Shown here: positions 41,012-53,178 of the stretch, piece after piece
Position numbering within the stretch: the first letter of the stretch is position 1
Layout of the letters: each line of letters starts with the position of its first letter
Assembly (NCBI GenBank): GCA_947258795.1
Contig: CAMYJU010000009.1
Span: 37,407-101,406 of the forward strand
Direction of reading: 5' to 3'
Origin: an uncultured Gammaproteobacteria bacterium
Lineage (GTDB): Bacteria; Pseudomonadota; Gammaproteobacteria; DRJJ01
DNA length: 64,000 nucleotides
Translations under genes and position numbers: made by a program
The notes under the pieces: generated by a model
Told to the model about the DNA's origin: nothing
Databases searched by the model: none
What the model saw: only the letters and a program-made list of their open reading frames with translations

Positions 41012-42289
41012 CTAAACATCTGCCTCGACCATACAGCGCTTATGATCGATGTGATACTGGAATTCATCACGGTAATGCTTCAAAAAACTCTGAACCGGCA
41101 TGGCTGCCGCATCGCCCAGCGCGCATATGGTCCGGCCGGCTATTTTTCCAGCCACATCATCCAGCTGATCAAGGTCTTCCGGCCTGCCCTGCCCGTGTTC
41201 GATGCGATGGATAACACGGGCCAGCCAGCCTGTACCTTCACGGCACGGCGTACATTGACCGCAAGACTCGTTATAGTAAAAATGCGACAGGTTCTGCAGT
41301 ACCTTGACCATACAGGCGGTCTCATCGATCACGATCACCGCACCGGAACCCAGCATGGTACCGGCAGATGCCAGTGAGTCGTAATCCATATCCAGATCTA
41401 TCATAACCTCGCCCGGAACCACCGGGACAGACGACCCCCCCGGGATCACGGCCTTGAGTTTGTGCCCTTCGCGGACACCACCAGCCATTTCCAGCAGTTC
41501 GGAAAACGGTGTGCCCATCGGTATTTCGAAGTTACCCGGGTTATTCACATGCCCGGATACACAGAAGATCTTGGTGCCGCCATTGTTCGGCTTGCCGATA
41601 TCCAGAAACCACTGACCGCCGTTGCGCAGAATTTCGGGCACGGACGCCAGCGATTCGGTGTTATTGATGGTGGTGGACTTGCCATATAAACCGTAGGCGG
41701 CCGGAAATGGCGGCTTGTATCTTGGCTGCCCCTTTTTACCCTCGATGGATTCAAGCAGCGCGGTTTCCTCGCCGCAGATATAGGCGCCGGCACCCAGATG
41801 ATTGTACAGATCAAAATCTATGCCTGAACCCAGGATATTGTTGCCCAGCAGGCCCGCCTTACGTGCCTCCTCGATCGCGGCCTCCATACGCTCATAGGGT
41901 TCCCAGAACTCACCGCGGATGTAGTTATAACCCACCGTGGCGCCGATCACATAGCCGGCGATAATCATCCCTTCGATCAGGGCATGCGGATTGTAACGCA
42001 GGATATCACGGTCCTTGCAGGTACCCGGCTCACCTTCGTCCGAGTTACAAACGATATATTTCTGTCCGGGCAGGTCGCGGCGCATAAAGCTCCACTTCAC
42101 ACCGGTCGGGAAACCGGCGCCACCACGGCCACGCAACGCAGACTGTTTAAGCTGTTCGATAATTTCTGCCGGCGGGGTTTTTTCCTTCAGTATTTTTTTC
42201 AATACCTCATAACCGCCACCCAGCTGGTAGGCATCCAGCTGCCAGGACTTATCCAGATGTATATTCTTGAAACAGACTTCGTTTGCCAT
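41012..42289 (-). CDS. nuoF: NADH-quinone oxidoreductase subunit F
   Basis: [21 protein letters not shown] and [12 protein letters not shown]. Confidence 0.97.
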   Translation of the reverse strand: MANEVCFKNIHLDKSWQLDAYQLGGGYEVLKKILKEKTPPAEIIEQLKQSALRGRGGAGFPTGVKWSFMRRDLPGQKYIVCNSDEGEPGTCKDRDILRYNPHALIEGMIIAGYVIGATVGYNYIRGEFWEPYERMEAAIEEARKAGLLGNNILGSGIDFDLYNHLGAGAYICGEETALLESIEGKKGQPRYKPPFPAAYGLYGKSTTINNTESLASVPEILRNGGQWFLDIGKPNNGGTKIFCVSGHVNNPGNFEIPMGTPFSELLEMAGGVREGHKLKAVIPGGSSVPVVPGEVMIDLDMDYDSLASAGTMLGSGAVIVIDETACMVKVLQNLSHFYYNESCGQCTPCREGTGWLARVIHRIEHGQGRPEDLDQLDDVAGKIAGRTICALGDAAAMPVQSFLKHYRDEFQYHIDHKRCMVEADV

Positions 42290-42292
42290 GAT

Positions 42293-42799
42293 TCAGTCCA
42301 GGTCCTGGAGTATCTTGTCCAGTATTTCAGGAGTCAGATGCTCATAATATTGCTTACCGATCATTGCCGCCGGTGCGCCGACACAGGCACCCAGGCACTC
42401 AACTTCCTTGATGGAAAACTTTCCGTCTTTTGTTACTTCACCCAGACTGACACCCAGGTTTTCCTGCAGATAATCCAGCAGCTTGCCTGATCCGTTCAGC
42501 ATGCAGGAGATACTGTTACAAATGCAGATCTTGTTCTGACCGACCGGCTGGTGCTCATACATGGAATAGAAGGTAGCGACCTCGTAAACAGCGATACGCG
42601 GCATGTCCAGGTAGTAAGCCACGGCGTCCATCAGCTCGTTGGTCAGCCAGCCGCCGTTTTCTTCCTGCATGATACGCAGAGCTGACATTACCGCCGACTG
42701 TTTCTGCTCAGGCGGATAATTAGCCACCCACTTGTCTATTTCCGCACAGACCGGGGCGGTCAGTACATTTCCAAATCTTTTCTGCTGTTCGGAACTCAC
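42293..42799 (-). CDS. nuoE: NADH-quinone oxidoreductase subunit E
   Basis: [15 protein letters not shown] and ECLGAC. Confidence 0.97.
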   Translation of the reverse strand: MSSEQQKRFGNVLTAPVCAEIDKWVANYPPEQKQSAVMSALRIMQEENGGWLTNELMDAVAYYLDMPRIAVYEVATFYSMYEHQPVGQNKICICNSISCMLNGSGKLLDYLQENLGVSLGEVTKDGKFSIKEVECLGACVGAPAAMIGKQYYEHLTPEILDKILQDLD

Positions 42800-44049
42800 C
42801 GGTCGACATCTCCGAATACAATATCCTGGGTACCGATCACCGTGACGACATCCGCCAGCATATGTCCTTTCACCATGTCATTCATAGTGGACAGATGGGC
42901 GAAGCCCGGCGCCCTGATTTTCACACGATAAGGCTTGTTGGCACCATCCGATACCAGATAAATCCCGAACTCACCCTTGGGGTGTTCTATTCCCGTATAC
43001 ACTTCGCCTTCCGGCAGACAGAAGCCTTCGGTAAACAGCTTGAAGTGATGAATCAGTGCTTCCATATCACCTTTCATGTCCGCCCTCTTTGGCGGCGCGA
43101 ACTTGTGACTCTCGGCAATTACCGGGCCCGGGTTTTCGCGCAACCATTCGATGCACTGTCTGATAATACGGTTGGACTGACGCATCTCTTCCATACGCAC
43201 CAGGTAACGATCGTAACAATCGCCATTTACACCAATCGGAATATCAAAATCCATGCGCTCGTAGACTTCATAGGGTTGCTTCTTGCGCAGATCCCATTCA
43301 ATGCCTGAACCACGCAACATCGGTCCGGTAAAGCCGAGTTGTTTTGCTTCGTCCGGTGACACAATCGCAATATCAACCAGACGCTGTTTCCAGATACGGT
43401 TATCGGTCAGCAGGGTTTCGTATTCATCGACATAGCCCGGGAAATGATCGGTAAAGTCTTCCAGGTAATCCAGCAAGGAACCCTGACGATTTTCGTTCAG
43501 GCGTGACGCTTCCTTTTCAGTGCGGAACTTGCCGGTCTGGTATTGCGGCATGAAATCCGGCAGGTCACGATAGACACCGCCCGGACGGTAGTAGGTCGCA
43601 TGCATGCGTGAACCGGATACCGCCTCATAGGCATCGATCAGGGTCTCACGCTCACGAAATGCATACAGGAAGATGGTCATTGCGCCCACGTCCAACGCAT
43701 GGGTTCCGAGCCACAACAGGTGATTCAGAATTCGGGTGATCTCGTCATACATCACACGTATGTACTGGGCGCGTTCCGGTACCGTTACGCCAAGTAGTTT
43801 TTCGATGGCCATCACATAACAATGTTCGTTACACATCATCGACATGTAGTCGAGCCGGTCCATATAACCGATGCTCTGGTTATAGGGCTTACTTTCGGCG
43901 AGCTTTTCGGTAGCCCGGTGCAACAGGCCAATATGGGGATCGGCACGCTGGATGACCTCGCCGTCCATCTCCAGGATCAAACGCAATACACCATGCGCAG
44001 CCGGATGCTGGGGACCGAAATTCAGGGTCAAGTTACGCAACTCAGGCAT
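42796..44049 (-). CDS. nuoD: NADH-quinone oxidoreductase subunit D
   Basis: [14 protein letters not shown]...DIVFGDVDR; start MPELRN. Confidence 0.97.
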   Translation of the reverse strand: MPELRNLTLNFGPQHPAAHGVLRLILEMDGEVIQRADPHIGLLHRATEKLAESKPYNQSIGYMDRLDYMSMMCNEHCYVMAIEKLLGVTVPERAQYIRVMYDEITRILNHLLWLGTHALDVGAMTIFLYAFRERETLIDAYEAVSGSRMHATYYRPGGVYRDLPDFMPQYQTGKFRTEKEASRLNENRQGSLLDYLEDFTDHFPGYVDEYETLLTDNRIWKQRLVDIAIVSPDEAKQLGFTGPMLRGSGIEWDLRKKQPYEVYERMDFDIPIGVNGDCYDRYLVRMEEMRQSNRIIRQCIEWLRENPGPVIAESHKFAPPKRADMKGDMEALIHHFKLFTEGFCLPEGEVYTGIEHPKGEFGIYLVSDGANKPYRVKIRAPGFAHLSTMNDMVKGHMLADVVTVIGTQDIVFGDVDR

Positions 44050-44752
44050 CGTTGGAGGCCTCCTTTGCGTCGTCATCCCCGCTGTAACGCGAGTCTTCTC
44101 TTATCACGCGCGGTACCAGCACCCTCGGCTCGATACTGACCGGCTCATAGATCACGCGTTTCTGCTCTGCGTCATAGCGCATTTCAACCTGACCACTGAG
44201 CGGGAAGTCCTTGCGGAACGGATGCCCGATAAAGCCGTAATCGGTCAGGATACGACGCAGGTCCGGGTGTCCCTCATACACGATGCCGAACAGGTCGAAG
44301 GACTCGCGCTCGAACCAGTTGGCGCCCTTCCAGATACCGGTGACCGACTGCACAGTCGGAAAATCGTTATCCTGTGCGTATACGCGAGCAATCGCACGAT
44401 AATTCAACTCGGTGGATAACAGCTGATAGACCGATGCGAAACGCCGACCCGGTCTGGCCTGCAGCTCATCTGCCATATTGGTGATACGCTCCACACCGCG
44501 GCTGAACCCGGTATTGACCGAGTCATCGGTCTGCCACTCGGCGACGCCATAGGCGAGATAATCCACACCGCAGACATCAATCAGGGTGTCGAAACGAAAC
44601 GCAGGTTCATCTCGCAATGCCTCAAACACCGACAGCATCTTGTCGACCGGTATCTCTATGATCACCTGATCGATCGACGACAGCTCGCAGCTGGTCAGAT
44701 CATCTCCAAATCGGGCCCTGATCAGGTCAGTCAGTTGTTCTACATTGCTCAT
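44042..44752 (-). CDS. nuoC: NADH-quinone oxidoreductase subunit C
   Basis: [10 protein letters not shown] and GHPFRKDFP; start MSNVEQ. Confidence 0.95.
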   Translation of the reverse strand: MSNVEQLTDLIRARFGDDLTSCELSSIDQVIIEIPVDKMLSVFEALRDEPAFRFDTLIDVCGVDYLAYGVAEWQTDDSVNTGFSRGVERITNMADELQARPGRRFASVYQLLSTELNYRAIARVYAQDNDFPTVQSVTGIWKGANWFERESFDLFGIVYEGHPDLRRILTDYGFIGHPFRKDFPLSGQVEMRYDAEQKRVIYEPVSIEPRVLVPRVIREDSRYSGDDDAKEASNDA

Positions 44753-44768
44753 GTTTTGTGTGATCCTG

Positions 44769-45248
44769 TCAGGTACGCGCGATGGTACTGGTGCGCCTGA
44801 TCTTGTTCTGTAATTGCAAAACACCGTATAGCAGGGCTTCAGCGGTCGGCGGGCAGCCAGGGACATAGATATCCACCGGCACGATGCGGTCACAACCACG
44901 CACCACGGAATAGGAGTAATGGTAATAGCCACCACCATTGGCACAGGAGCCCATCGAAATCACCCAGCGTGGTTCCGCCATCTGATCGTAGACCTTGCGT
45001 AAGGCCGGGGCCATTTTGTTGGTCAGGGTACCGGCCACAACCATGACATCCGACTGGCGTGGTGACGGCCGGAACAGCATGCCAAACCGGTCCATGTCAT
45101 AACGCGATGCACCGGCGTGCATCATCTCGATCGCACAACAGGCCAGACCGAAGGTCATCGGCCACATCGAGCCGGTACGCGCCCAGTTGATCAGCTTGTC
45201 GGCCGAGGTGGTGATCACCCCTTTTTCAAGTACGCCCTCTATTCCCAT
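44769..45248 (-). CDS. nuoB: NADH-quinone oxidoreductase subunit B
   Basis: [10 protein letters not shown] and VPGCPP; start MGIEG overlaps the nuoA end. Confidence 0.97.
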   Translation of the reverse strand: MGIEGVLEKGVITTSADKLINWARTGSMWPMTFGLACCAIEMMHAGASRYDMDRFGMLFRPSPRQSDVMVVAGTLTNKMAPALRKVYDQMAEPRWVISMGSCANGGGYYHYSYSVVRGCDRIVPVDIYVPGCPPTAEALLYGVLQLQNKIRRTSTIART

Positions 45249-45595
45249 TCCAGCGCACCCTTTTTCCATTCGTAGATGAAGCCGATTACCAGTATGCCGA
45301 GGAAGATCATCATGGAGGTGAAACCGAACCAGCCCATTTCGTTCATCACAATGGCCCATGGAAACAGGAAGGCAATCTCCAGATCAAAAATAATAAACAG
45401 TATAGCGACCAGGTAATAACGCACGTCGAAAGTCATGCGCGAATCTTCGAACGCCTCGAATCCACACTCATAAGGAGATGTCTTGGCCTCATCCGGACGA
45501 TGCGGACCCATTATGGCTCCGATGACAATGGGACCGATCCCGAAAGCGATACCGATACCGATAAACACCAGGATAGGCAGGTAATTTTCCAGCAT
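45239..45595 (-). CDS. nuoA: NADH-quinone oxidoreductase subunit A
   Basis: [17 protein letters not shown] and KGALEWE. Confidence 0.97.
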   Translation of the reverse strand: MLENYLPILVFIGIGIAFGIGPIVIGAIMGPHRPDEAKTSPYECGFEAFEDSRMTFDVRYYLVAILFIIFDLEIAFLFPWAIVMNEMGWFGFTSMMIFLGILVIGFIYEWKKGALEWE

Positions 45596-45685
45596 TACTT
45601 CATTAACTCCCCCGACCGGTCGTGCTTAGTAAAGCAAAACATAATATTATTTTTTTTATGTTCGTTATTTTTTAGTGTGCGCAGC

Positions 45686-45715
45686 AGTCTAGGCCAGTTA
45701 CGCACAAACTGTCAA
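45686..45715 (-). promoter_or_regulatory. Putative sigma-70 promoter of the nuo operon
   Basis: TTGACA-18-TAGACT with an AT-rich upstream tract. Confidence 0.65.
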
Positions 45716-45776
45716 GTTAATGAAATATTATTTATAATAATAATTTCAGTAACTTAAAACATTTTTTTGCGTGTAT

Positions 45777-45805
45777 AAAAAAACGGTATCGGTCCATGGA
45801 TACCG
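45777..45805 (-). terminator. Terminator after tRNA-Leu
   Basis: CGGTATC/GATACCG stem plus T7 on the minus strand. Confidence 0.65.
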
Positions 45806-45912
45806 GCTAATGACTTAATTTAAATAGGTTTTAATGAATCGGCCATGACCTGGGTCAGTTCTCGGTCAATCAGTCGACGGATTCAGGGACGTTCAGGGAT
45901 TTGGGGATGGGT

Positions 45913-45997
45913 TGGTGCCGATGGCCGGAGTCGAACCGGCACAGCTTGCGCTACTGCCCCCTCAAGACAGCGTGTCTACCAGTTCCACCACATCGGC
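45913..45997 (-). tRNA. tRNA-Leu (GAG)
   Basis: GCCGATGTGGTGGAACTGGTAGACACGCTGTCTT-GAG-GGGGCAG, a long variable arm, and GGTTCGACTCC...ACCA. Sits in the usual secG-leu position. Confidence 0.97.
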
Positions 45998-46019
45998 ATA
46001 TCTCATGCAGTACTTATTC

Positions 46020-46487
46020 TTATTGCGCCGGTACTGCAGGCTTATCGGTCTCGCCGCTGTTTTCGACAGTGGGCGCTGCTGGCTGTTCCGCCGGTACGGC
46101 AGGGACTTCTGTCGCCGGGGCGGTTTCAATGGCCGGTACCGGTGGGACATCGGTATCGGGCGCCGCGGTAGCTGGCACACCCGGAACCTGCGGGACCTCG
46201 GTCTGGCTGGCCGGCTGCTCCTGGTACTTGTCCGCGAGATCGGTGCTTTCAGCGGTATTGCGATGCGCGAGTATTGCCAGCGCCAGGCTCACGGTGAAAA
46301 ACAGCGTCGCCAGTATCGCCGTGGTACGGCTCATGAACGAAGTACTGCCACTGGCACCGAACACGGTGGCCGACGCCCCACTGCCGAACGCGGCACCGGC
46401 ATCAGCGCCCTTGCCATGCTGTAACAGGATCAGCACGATCAGACCAATGGACAGTAACAGATGTAAAATCAGTAAAATTGATTGCAT
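46020..46487 (-). CDS. secG: Preprotein translocase subunit SecG
   Basis: LLQHGKGADAGAAFGSGASATVFG. Confidence 0.95.
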   Translation of the reverse strand: MQSILLILHLLLSIGLIVLILLQHGKGADAGAAFGSGASATVFGASGSTSFMSRTTAILATLFFTVSLALAILAHRNTAESTDLADKYQEQPASQTEVPQVPGVPATAAPDTDVPPVPAIETAPATEVPAVPAEQPAAPTVENSGETDKPAVPAQ

Positions 46488-46501
46488 AGTAACAGCCTGT
46501 G

Positions 46502-47254
46502 TTATTGGGCCGCGTCACAGATCGCCAGGAACTCGCCGGCCTGTAACGACGCACCGCCGATTAATCCGCCGTCGATATCCGGCATACCAAACAGCTCTGC
46601 CGCGTTGCTGGCCTTGACACTGCCGCCGTACTGGATAATGACCTTTTCTGCGACTGTGCTGTCTGTAGCGGCCAGCTTGTTACGAATAAAGGCATGGACT
46701 TCCTGTGCCTGGCCAGGTGTCGCGGTCTTGCCGGTACCGATCGCCCAGACCGGCTCGTATGCAATCACCGCATCAGCCAATGCAGCGATACCTTCCAGAT
46801 TGATCACCGCATCCAGCTGACGGGCCACAACCGCTTCGGTGGTACCGTTTTCACGTTCTTCCAGCAGCTCGCCAACACATAGTATAGGTGTAATGCCGGC
46901 ACGACGTGCCGCGGCAAAACGCGCAGCCACCAGTTCATCACTTTCGCCATACAGGCTGCGGCGCTCGGAATGGCCAACAATCGCGTATTGGCAGCCACTA
47001 TCCTTGAGCATGGAGCCGGCAATCTCGCCGGTATAAGCGCCACTGTCCTGGTCACAGACATTTTGTGCCCCGACCGCGATGGCTGAACCATCTGCCAGGC
47101 CGACTACCTTCGGGATGTACAGGGCGGGTGGGCAGACTGCGATATCGGCACCTGTAATACTGCTGGCACCGGCCTTCAGGCCTTCCATCAGTGTGCAGAT
47201 GCTTTGCAGCGATCCATTCATTTTCCAGTTTCCAGCTACCAGCTTGCGGCGCAT
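46502..47254 (-). CDS. tpiA: Triosephosphate isomerase
   Basis: GNWKMN, GHSERR and AYEPVWAIGTG. Confidence 0.98.
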   Translation of the reverse strand: MRRKLVAGNWKMNGSLQSICTLMEGLKAGASSITGADIAVCPPALYIPKVVGLADGSAIAVGAQNVCDQDSGAYTGEIAGSMLKDSGCQYAIVGHSERRSLYGESDELVAARFAAARRAGITPILCVGELLEERENGTTEAVVARQLDAVINLEGIAALADAVIAYEPVWAIGTGKTATPGQAQEVHAFIRNKLAATDSTVAEKVIIQYGGSVKASNAAELFGMPDIDGGLIGGASLQAGEFLAICDAAQ

Positions 47255-47334
47255 ATTTATTCTCCTAAAACAGCTGCCCGGCCAACCTGGAATGAGCCCG
47301 GGACCCGGCTTTCGCCAATAAAATCAAGGCGGCA

Positions 47335-47363
47335 AGCTTACCGGTCATGGCGCAAAAAATCAA
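47335..47363 (-). promoter_or_regulatory. Putative sigma-70 promoter of tpiA
   Basis: TTGATT-17-TAAGCT. Confidence 0.5.
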
Positions 47364-47434
47364 TGCCGATACCGGTCGGTCGCTGATAAATCAGTGCAAT
47401 ATCATAAAATTAAAGGCCGACTGGCCAGTTGGAA

Positions 47435-48781
47435 TCAGGCGCAGGCACTAACCGTGGTCTCGACCACATCGGCCAGTTGCCGGGCCAGCTTGCTGACCTG
47501 CGCATCGTCGCGGCCCTCGACCATGACCCGAATCAATGGCTCGGTGCCCGACGCCCGTAGCAGCACCCGGCCACTGTCACTGAGCTCTGTCTCGGCCTCG
47601 GCAACGGCCTGCTGTATCGGCTCCATGCCGTCGATATCCATGCGCCTGGGCATTTTCACATTGATCATAGTCTGCGGGTATTTCTGCATGCCGGATTTGA
47701 TTTCATGCAGGGTCTTCTGCTGCAAGACCATCGCCGACAGAACCTGTAGAGCTGAGACCATACCATCACCGGTGGTAGTGCGGTCCAGACAAATGATATG
47801 ACCGGATGATTCGCCGCCAATATAAGAACCCGATGACAATAACATTTCCATTACATAGCGGTCACCCACCTTGGCACGTTGAAACTCGATGTCAAGGTCC
47901 TTCAATGCATGTTCCAGTCCCAGGTTACTCATCAGGGTGCCCACGACACCGCCCTGCAGCTGGTTCTGCGCCAGTCGGTCACGCGTAATGATAAACAGGA
48001 TTTCGTCACCATCGACGATCTCGCCTTTATGATCGACCATGATCAGGCGATCACCATCACCATCCAGCGCAACACCCAGGTCGGCACCGCTCTTGAGTAC
48101 CGTATCGACCAGTTGCTGTGGCATGGTCGAACCAACGCCGTCATTGATATTCAGCCCATCCGGCTGGTCGCCGATGGTAATCACTTCAGCACCCAGTTCG
48201 ACCAGCACCATCGGCGCGATATGGTAGGTTGCACCGTTTGCGCAATCGACCACGATTTTCAGGCCACGCAAATCGACGCGATACGGCATGGTACTCTTGC
48301 AGAACTCGATATACCGACCCGCGGTGTCGCTGACCCGTTCCGCCTTGCCCAGTTTGTCAGACTCGACGGTTTTCATCGCGTTGGACAGCTCTGCTTCGAT
48401 CGCATGCTCGATACTGTCAGGCAGCTTGGTGCCTTCCGATGAAAAAAACTTGATACCGTTATCATAATGCGGGTTATGCGAAGCACTGATCACGATCCCG
48501 GCATCGGCATGCAGGGTCCTGGTCAGATAGGCAATGGCTGGAGTTGGCATCGGACCGAGCAAGCCTATATCGGTACCGGCCGCGGACAGACCTGCCTCCA
48601 GTGCCGACTCGAACATATAGCCTGATATACGGGTATCCTTGCCAATCAGTACACGCCCGCTGCCCTGTTGCGCAAGCACTCTGCCGGCGGCCCAGCCCAG
48701 GCGCAGCATGAACTCTGCGGTAATTGGTTCTTCACCGACACGGCCGCGTATCCCGTCTGTCCCAAAATATTTTTTACTCAT
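47435..48781 (-). CDS. glmM: Phosphoglucosamine mutase
   Basis: [16 protein letters not shown] and DGDGDR. Confidence 0.97.
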   Translation of the reverse strand: MSKKYFGTDGIRGRVGEEPITAEFMLRLGWAAGRVLAQQGSGRVLIGKDTRISGYMFESALEAGLSAAGTDIGLLGPMPTPAIAYLTRTLHADAGIVISASHNPHYDNGIKFFSSEGTKLPDSIEHAIEAELSNAMKTVESDKLGKAERVSDTAGRYIEFCKSTMPYRVDLRGLKIVVDCANGATYHIAPMVLVELGAEVITIGDQPDGLNINDGVGSTMPQQLVDTVLKSGADLGVALDGDGDRLIMVDHKGEIVDGDEILFIITRDRLAQNQLQGGVVGTLMSNLGLEHALKDLDIEFQRAKVGDRYVMEMLLSSGSYIGGESSGHIICLDRTTTGDGMVSALQVLSAMVLQQKTLHEIKSGMQKYPQTMINVKMPRRMDIDGMEPIQQAVAEAETELSDSGRVLLRASGTEPLIRVMVEGRDDAQVSKLARQLADVVETTVSACA

Positions 48782-48942
48782 ACTACCGGCAATCTCCATT
48801 CAAACGCTTTGCTAGCGATTGGTTTTAGAAACCAATCCTGACATTCTAGTACAAGGCATCTCATCCAGCTATTGCCATGATAGCTCTCTTCAATGCAATT
48901 ACACCCACAGCTTCACCATACAATAATCTGGTGTGTAGTGAG

Positions 48943-49779
48943 TTATGCCATCATAACCGCCATACATACTTTTATCGCATCGATTGTAGCGCCGACATCG
49001 TGTACCCGCACAATATTGGCACCTGACATCACCGCGATCACGGCGGCGGCCAGGCTACCATACAGGCGCTGGTCCACCCCGGCATCCAGTACGGCACCAA
49101 TCATGCTCTTGCGTGACAGGCCCACCAGTACAGGCAGCCCCATCGTGCCGATGCGCTGTAACTCTGCAAGCAAAGTGTAGTTCTGCTCCTGCGTCTTGCC
49201 AAAACCGAAACCAGGATCGAGCACGATGCGCTCACGAGGTATGCCGGCCTCGACACAGGCCGCTATGCGTTGTTCCAGAAAATGCATGATATCGCCGGTC
49301 ACGCTGTCATACTGCGGATTGTCCTGCATCTTCTGCGGATCACCCTGCATATGCATCAAACAAACCGCTACCCCGGCATCCGCCGCAGCCTGCAGCGCAC
49401 CCGGCTGCTGCAGTGCACACACGTCGTTAATCATCCCGGCACCGGCCGCCACCGCCGCGCGCATGACCTCGGGCTTGCTGGTATCAATCGAGATGGGCGT
49501 CGTGATGCCGGCCAGCCTGATCGCCTCAATCACCGGGATCACGCGTTGCAATTCCTGATCAAGGCTCACCGGTTCGGCGCCCGGACGAGTGGATTCACCG
49601 CCGATATCCAGGATTGCAGCGCCCTCGCTAAACAACTGCCGGGCATGTTGTACTGCATTATCCAGGCTGGCGTAGCGACCGCCATCAGAAAACGAATCCG
49701 GTGTGACATTCAAAACCCCCATCACAACCGGTCGTGACAAATCCAGGGTCTGATTGTTACACACCAGGTTCATAGACAT
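48943..49779 (-). CDS. folP: Dihydropteroate synthase
   Basis: NVTPDSFSDGG, GGESTRPGA and SRKS. Confidence 0.97.
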   Translation of the reverse strand: MSMNLVCNNQTLDLSRPVVMGVLNVTPDSFSDGGRYASLDNAVQHARQLFSEGAAILDIGGESTRPGAEPVSLDQELQRVIPVIEAIRLAGITTPISIDTSKPEVMRAAVAAGAGMINDVCALQQPGALQAAADAGVAVCLMHMQGDPQKMQDNPQYDSVTGDIMHFLEQRIAACVEAGIPRERIVLDPGFGFGKTQEQNYTLLAELQRIGTMGLPVLVGLSRKSMIGAVLDAGVDQRLYGSLAAAVIAVMSGANIVRVHDVGATIDAIKVCMAVMMA

Positions 49780-49816
49780 CTTTCAGAATCAAACAGACTG
49801 ACTGCAGCCATACTAC

Positions 49817-49845
49817 GAAAAACGGCGGAACCAGGTCCGCCGTTT
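49817..49845 (-). terminator. Terminator-like hairpin after ftsH
   Basis: AAACGGCGGA/TCCGCCGTTT stem with a T-tail. Confidence 0.7.
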
Positions 49846-49866
49846 CCGTTGATTACCAGTTATAGA

Positions 49867-51804
49867 TTAGTGTTCGCCTGCCGGGCCACCGATGGTGGAA
49901 CCCTGGTCCTTGTCGGATGAGGCCTCACTGCTGTCAACCGGGTTGCCGGGACCGGGCTCATCGGTATCTTCCCAGTCTGCCGGTGGTTTCGGCGTACGAT
50001 GCGCCATCAGGTCCTGGATCATGGCCGTATCGATGGTTTCGTATTTGACCAGGGCATCTGCCATCGCATGCAGAATATCCATATTCTCGGTCAGTATGGT
50101 TTCAGCACGCTTGTAGTTACGATTGATAAAGCTGCGTATCTCTTCATCGATCGTATGCGCCGTTTCATCTGACACATTCTTGTGCTGGGTCACAGAGTGA
50201 CCGAGGAACACCTCACCATCGTCTTCACTATAGGTCAACGGACCCAGGCGGCTGGACAGCCCCCATTTGGTGACCATGTTCCGCGCGATTTCCGTCGCAC
50301 GCTGAATATCATTCGAGGCACCGGTGGTCACGCTGTCCGCACCGAATATCAGTTCCTCGGCAATACGGCCGCCGAACAGACTGGACAACTGGCTTTCCAG
50401 ACGCTGCTTGCTGTAGCTGTAACGGTCCTCTTCCGGCAGGAACATGGTTACACCCAACGCTCGACCACGCGGGATGATGGTGACCTTGTAAACCGGGTCA
50501 TGTGACGGTACCAGCAGACCAACGATCGCATGTCCGGCCTCATGATAGGCGGTCAGCTTCTTCTCTTCATCACTCATGACCATGGACTTGCGCTCGGCGC
50601 CCATCATGATCTTGTCCTTGGCGTGTTCGAAATCGTCCTGATCGACCAGGCGCTTGTTGGCGCGTGCCGCAAACAGCGCGGCCTCGTTGACCAGGTTGGC
50701 CAGATCGGCGCCGGAAAAACCGGGTGTGCCGCGCGCGATTATGGACGGCTTGATATCATCAGCCAGCGGCACCTTGCGCATGTGTACACGCAGGATCTGC
50801 TCACGACCACGTACATCAGGTAATGGCACCACGACCTGGCGGTCAAAACGGCCCGGGCGCAGCAGCGCCGGATCGAGTACATCCGGGCGGTTGGTTGCCG
50901 CAATCACGATTACGCCTTCATTACCTTCAAAGCCGTCCATCTCGACCAGCAACTGGTTCAGGGTCTGCTCGCGTTCATCATGCCCGCCACCAAGACCGGC
51001 ACCACGATGACGGCCGACCGCATCAATTTCATCAATAAAGATAATGCAGGGCGAGGCCTTCTTGGCCTGCTCGAACATATCACGCACACGGGACGCACCG
51101 ACACCGACAAACATCTCGACAAAATCTGAACCGGAAATCGTGAAAAACGGCACCTTGGCTTCACCGGCAATGGCCTTGGCCAGCAGGGTCTTGCCGGTAC
51201 CGGGGGCACCGACCATCAATACACCACGTGGAATCTTGCCACCCAGTTTCTGGAACTTGCCCGGATCACGCAGAAATTCGACCAGTTCACCGACCTCTTC
51301 CTTGGCCTCGTCGACACCGGCGACATCACTGAAATTGATCTTGACCTGGTCTTCGCCGAGCATGCGCGCGCGGCTCTTGCCAAACGACATCGCGCCACGG
51401 CCACCGCCGCCGCCCTGCATCTGGCGCATGAAAAAGATCCACACACCGATCAATAACAACATCGGGAACCAGGAGATAAAGATCTGCTGCCACATCGACG
51501 GGCGTTCCGGTGGCATGACTTCCAGCGAAACACCGTTCTCGATCAGGTCCTTGACCAGCCCGGACTCATCGCCGAGTGGTGCATAGGTGACAAAGCGTTG
51601 ACCGGTATTGGTCTCACCATGAATGGTATGCCCATCCATGGTCACTTTCTTGATGCGGCCGCCCTTCACCTCTTCCAGGAACTGGGAATAGGTCGCCTTT
51701 TGCTGACTGCTGCTGCTGGGGCCAAACTGGTTGAAAACGGTCATCAGGATGATCGCAATAACCACCCACAACACAAGGTTTTTAGCCATGTCGTTCAACG
51801 TCAA
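49867..51804 (-). CDS. ftsH: ATP-dependent zinc metalloprotease FtsH
   Basis: [15 protein letters not shown] and HEAGH. The start may be TTG at 51798. Confidence 0.98.
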   Translation of the reverse strand: MTLNDMAKNLVLWVVIAIILMTVFNQFGPSSSSQQKATYSQFLEEVKGGRIKKVTMDGHTIHGETNTGQRFVTYAPLGDESGLVKDLIENGVSLEVMPPERPSMWQQIFISWFPMLLLIGVWIFFMRQMQGGGGGRGAMSFGKSRARMLGEDQVKINFSDVAGVDEAKEEVGELVEFLRDPGKFQKLGGKIPRGVLMVGAPGTGKTLLAKAIAGEAKVPFFTISGSDFVEMFVGVGASRVRDMFEQAKKASPCIIFIDEIDAVGRHRGAGLGGGHDEREQTLNQLLVEMDGFEGNEGVIVIAATNRPDVLDPALLRPGRFDRQVVVPLPDVRGREQILRVHMRKVPLADDIKPSIIARGTPGFSGADLANLVNEAALFAARANKRLVDQDDFEHAKDKIMMGAERKSMVMSDEEKKLTAYHEAGHAIVGLLVPSHDPVYKVTIIPRGRALGVTMFLPEEDRYSYSKQRLESQLSSLFGGRIAEELIFGADSVTTGASNDIQRATEIARNMVTKWGLSSRLGPLTYSEDDGEVFLGHSVTQHKNVSDETAHTIDEEIRSFINRNYKRAETILTENMDILHAMADALVKYETIDTAMIQDLMAHRTPKPPADWEDTDEPGPGNPVDSSEASSDKDQGSTIGGPAGEH

Positions 51805-51840
51805 AATCCTCTGAATACGGCACGTATGCCATTTACCCTA

Positions 51841-52461
51841 CTATAGTTTACAACCCGTGGCCAGTGCATAGACCTCGCGGCTACGCGGCCTGGAGGCCTT
51901 GGGTTTTCTAAAGACCACTTTTTTAAAATGCTTACGCATCTCGCGTATATAATCATCAAAGCCCTTGCCTTGAAATACCTTGACGACCATAGACCCGCCG
52001 GGCTTTAGCACTTGTCTGGCCAGATCCAGCGCGAGTTCACATAAATACATTGCCTGCGGCTGATCAACCACCGCCATACCACTTATATTGGGGGCCATAT
52101 CGGATAAAACAAGGTCTGCCCGGCTTTCTCCAAGCGTCTGCAACAATTGGTCCAGCACCGCCTGTTCGCGAAAATCCCCCTGAATGAATTCGACCCCGGC
52201 AAAACTGTCGATCGGCAGCAGATCCAGAGCCACCACCCTGCCCTGATCACCAACCCGGTCGGCGGCATATTGTGACCATCCCCCCGGGGCCGCACCCAGA
52301 TCGACCACGGTCATACCCGGTTTGAGCAAATGGTCTTTCTGATCCAGTTCGATCAGCTTGTACACTGCACGCGAACGATAGCCGTCTTTCTGTGCCTGGC
52401 GCACATAGGCATCATCAAAATGTTCGCGCAACCAGCGCCCGGAACTTTTACTGCGAGCCAT
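51841..52461 (-). CDS. rlmE: 23S rRNA Um2552 methyltransferase
   Basis: [22 protein letters not shown] and SDMAPN. Confidence 0.97.
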   Translation of the reverse strand: MARSKSSGRWLREHFDDAYVRQAQKDGYRSRAVYKLIELDQKDHLLKPGMTVVDLGAAPGGWSQYAADRVGDQGRVVALDLLPIDSFAGVEFIQGDFREQAVLDQLLQTLGESRADLVLSDMAPNISGMAVVDQPQAMYLCELALDLARQVLKPGGSMVVKVFQGKGFDDYIREMRKHFKKVVFRKPKASRPRSREVYALATGCKL

Positions 52462-52738
52462 GTCGGTCGCCGGCGTGTTGCAGCAGGATGCGCCGTACCC
52501 GGTAAATAATCCAGCCAGCCGCCAGCGCACTGCACAGGAACAGGATGCCTGCCTGCAGCCAACCATCGTCCGCCAGGGTTCTGCCCAGCACCAGCCACAG
52601 CAGCAGCAGCACCACGATGATGATGCCGAGATCCAGTTTGACCCCGTTAAAAGGACTGGCCTCGACACGCATGCCGCTGCGACCCGCTGATTCAGGCCCT
52701 GATTGTGGTAGACTGTCGTCCTTTTCGTTCATGGTCAA
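52448..52738 (-). CDS. Small two-TM membrane protein coupled to rlmE
   Basis: Two hydrophobic segments; overlaps the rlmE start by 14 nt. The start may be MRVEAS at 52672. Confidence 0.55.
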   Translation of the reverse strand: MTMNEKDDSLPQSGPESAGRSGMRVEASPFNGVKLDLGIIIVVLLLLWLVLGRTLADDGWLQAGILFLCSALAAGWIIYRVRRILLQHAGDRHGSQ

Positions 52739-52748
52739 AATTCACTGT

Positions 52749-53045
52749 ATGTCACTAACACCAAAACAAACACGACACCTTCGTAGCCTCGCACACCATT
52801 TAAAACCAGTGGTGATTATCGGCGGTGCCGGACAGACCGAGGCGGTGATGCGCGAAATCGATCTGTCGCTGGCCCATCACGAGTTAATCAAGGTCAAGAT
52901 ACAGGCCGCAGACCGCGATCAGCGTAAGGCCATGATCGAGGAAATCTGTGACACCCTGAATTGCGAATGCGCCCAGACCATTGGTCATATAGCGGTATTA
53001 TACAGGCCGGCAGACAAACCGGTCATCACTTTACCGAAAGACTAG
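52749..53045 (+). CDS. yhbY: Ribosome assembly RNA-binding protein YhbY
   Basis: LRSLAHHLKPVVIIG, HELIKVK and QTIGHIAVLYR. Confidence 0.95.
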   Translation: MSLTPKQTRHLRSLAHHLKPVVIIGGAGQTEAVMREIDLSLAHHELIKVKIQAADRDQRKAMIEEICDTLNCECAQTIGHIAVLYRPADKPVITLPKD

Positions 53046-53063
53046 CGAAAACCGAATTATGTA

Positions 53064-53127
53064 GTCATTGCGAGCGCCAGTGAAGCCATCTTTCTGATTT
53101 CGCTACCAGCCTTAGGAAATTGCTTCG
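53064..53127. repeat. Degenerate GTCATTGCGAG-type palindromic repeat
   Basis: GTCATTGCGAGCGCCAGTGAAGCCATC...ATTGCTTCG between convergent genes. Confidence 0.4.
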
Positions 53128-53178
53128 TACTTCATTGCATGTACCCCACCCGTCCCGGGTCGAGACAACCCTATCTAG

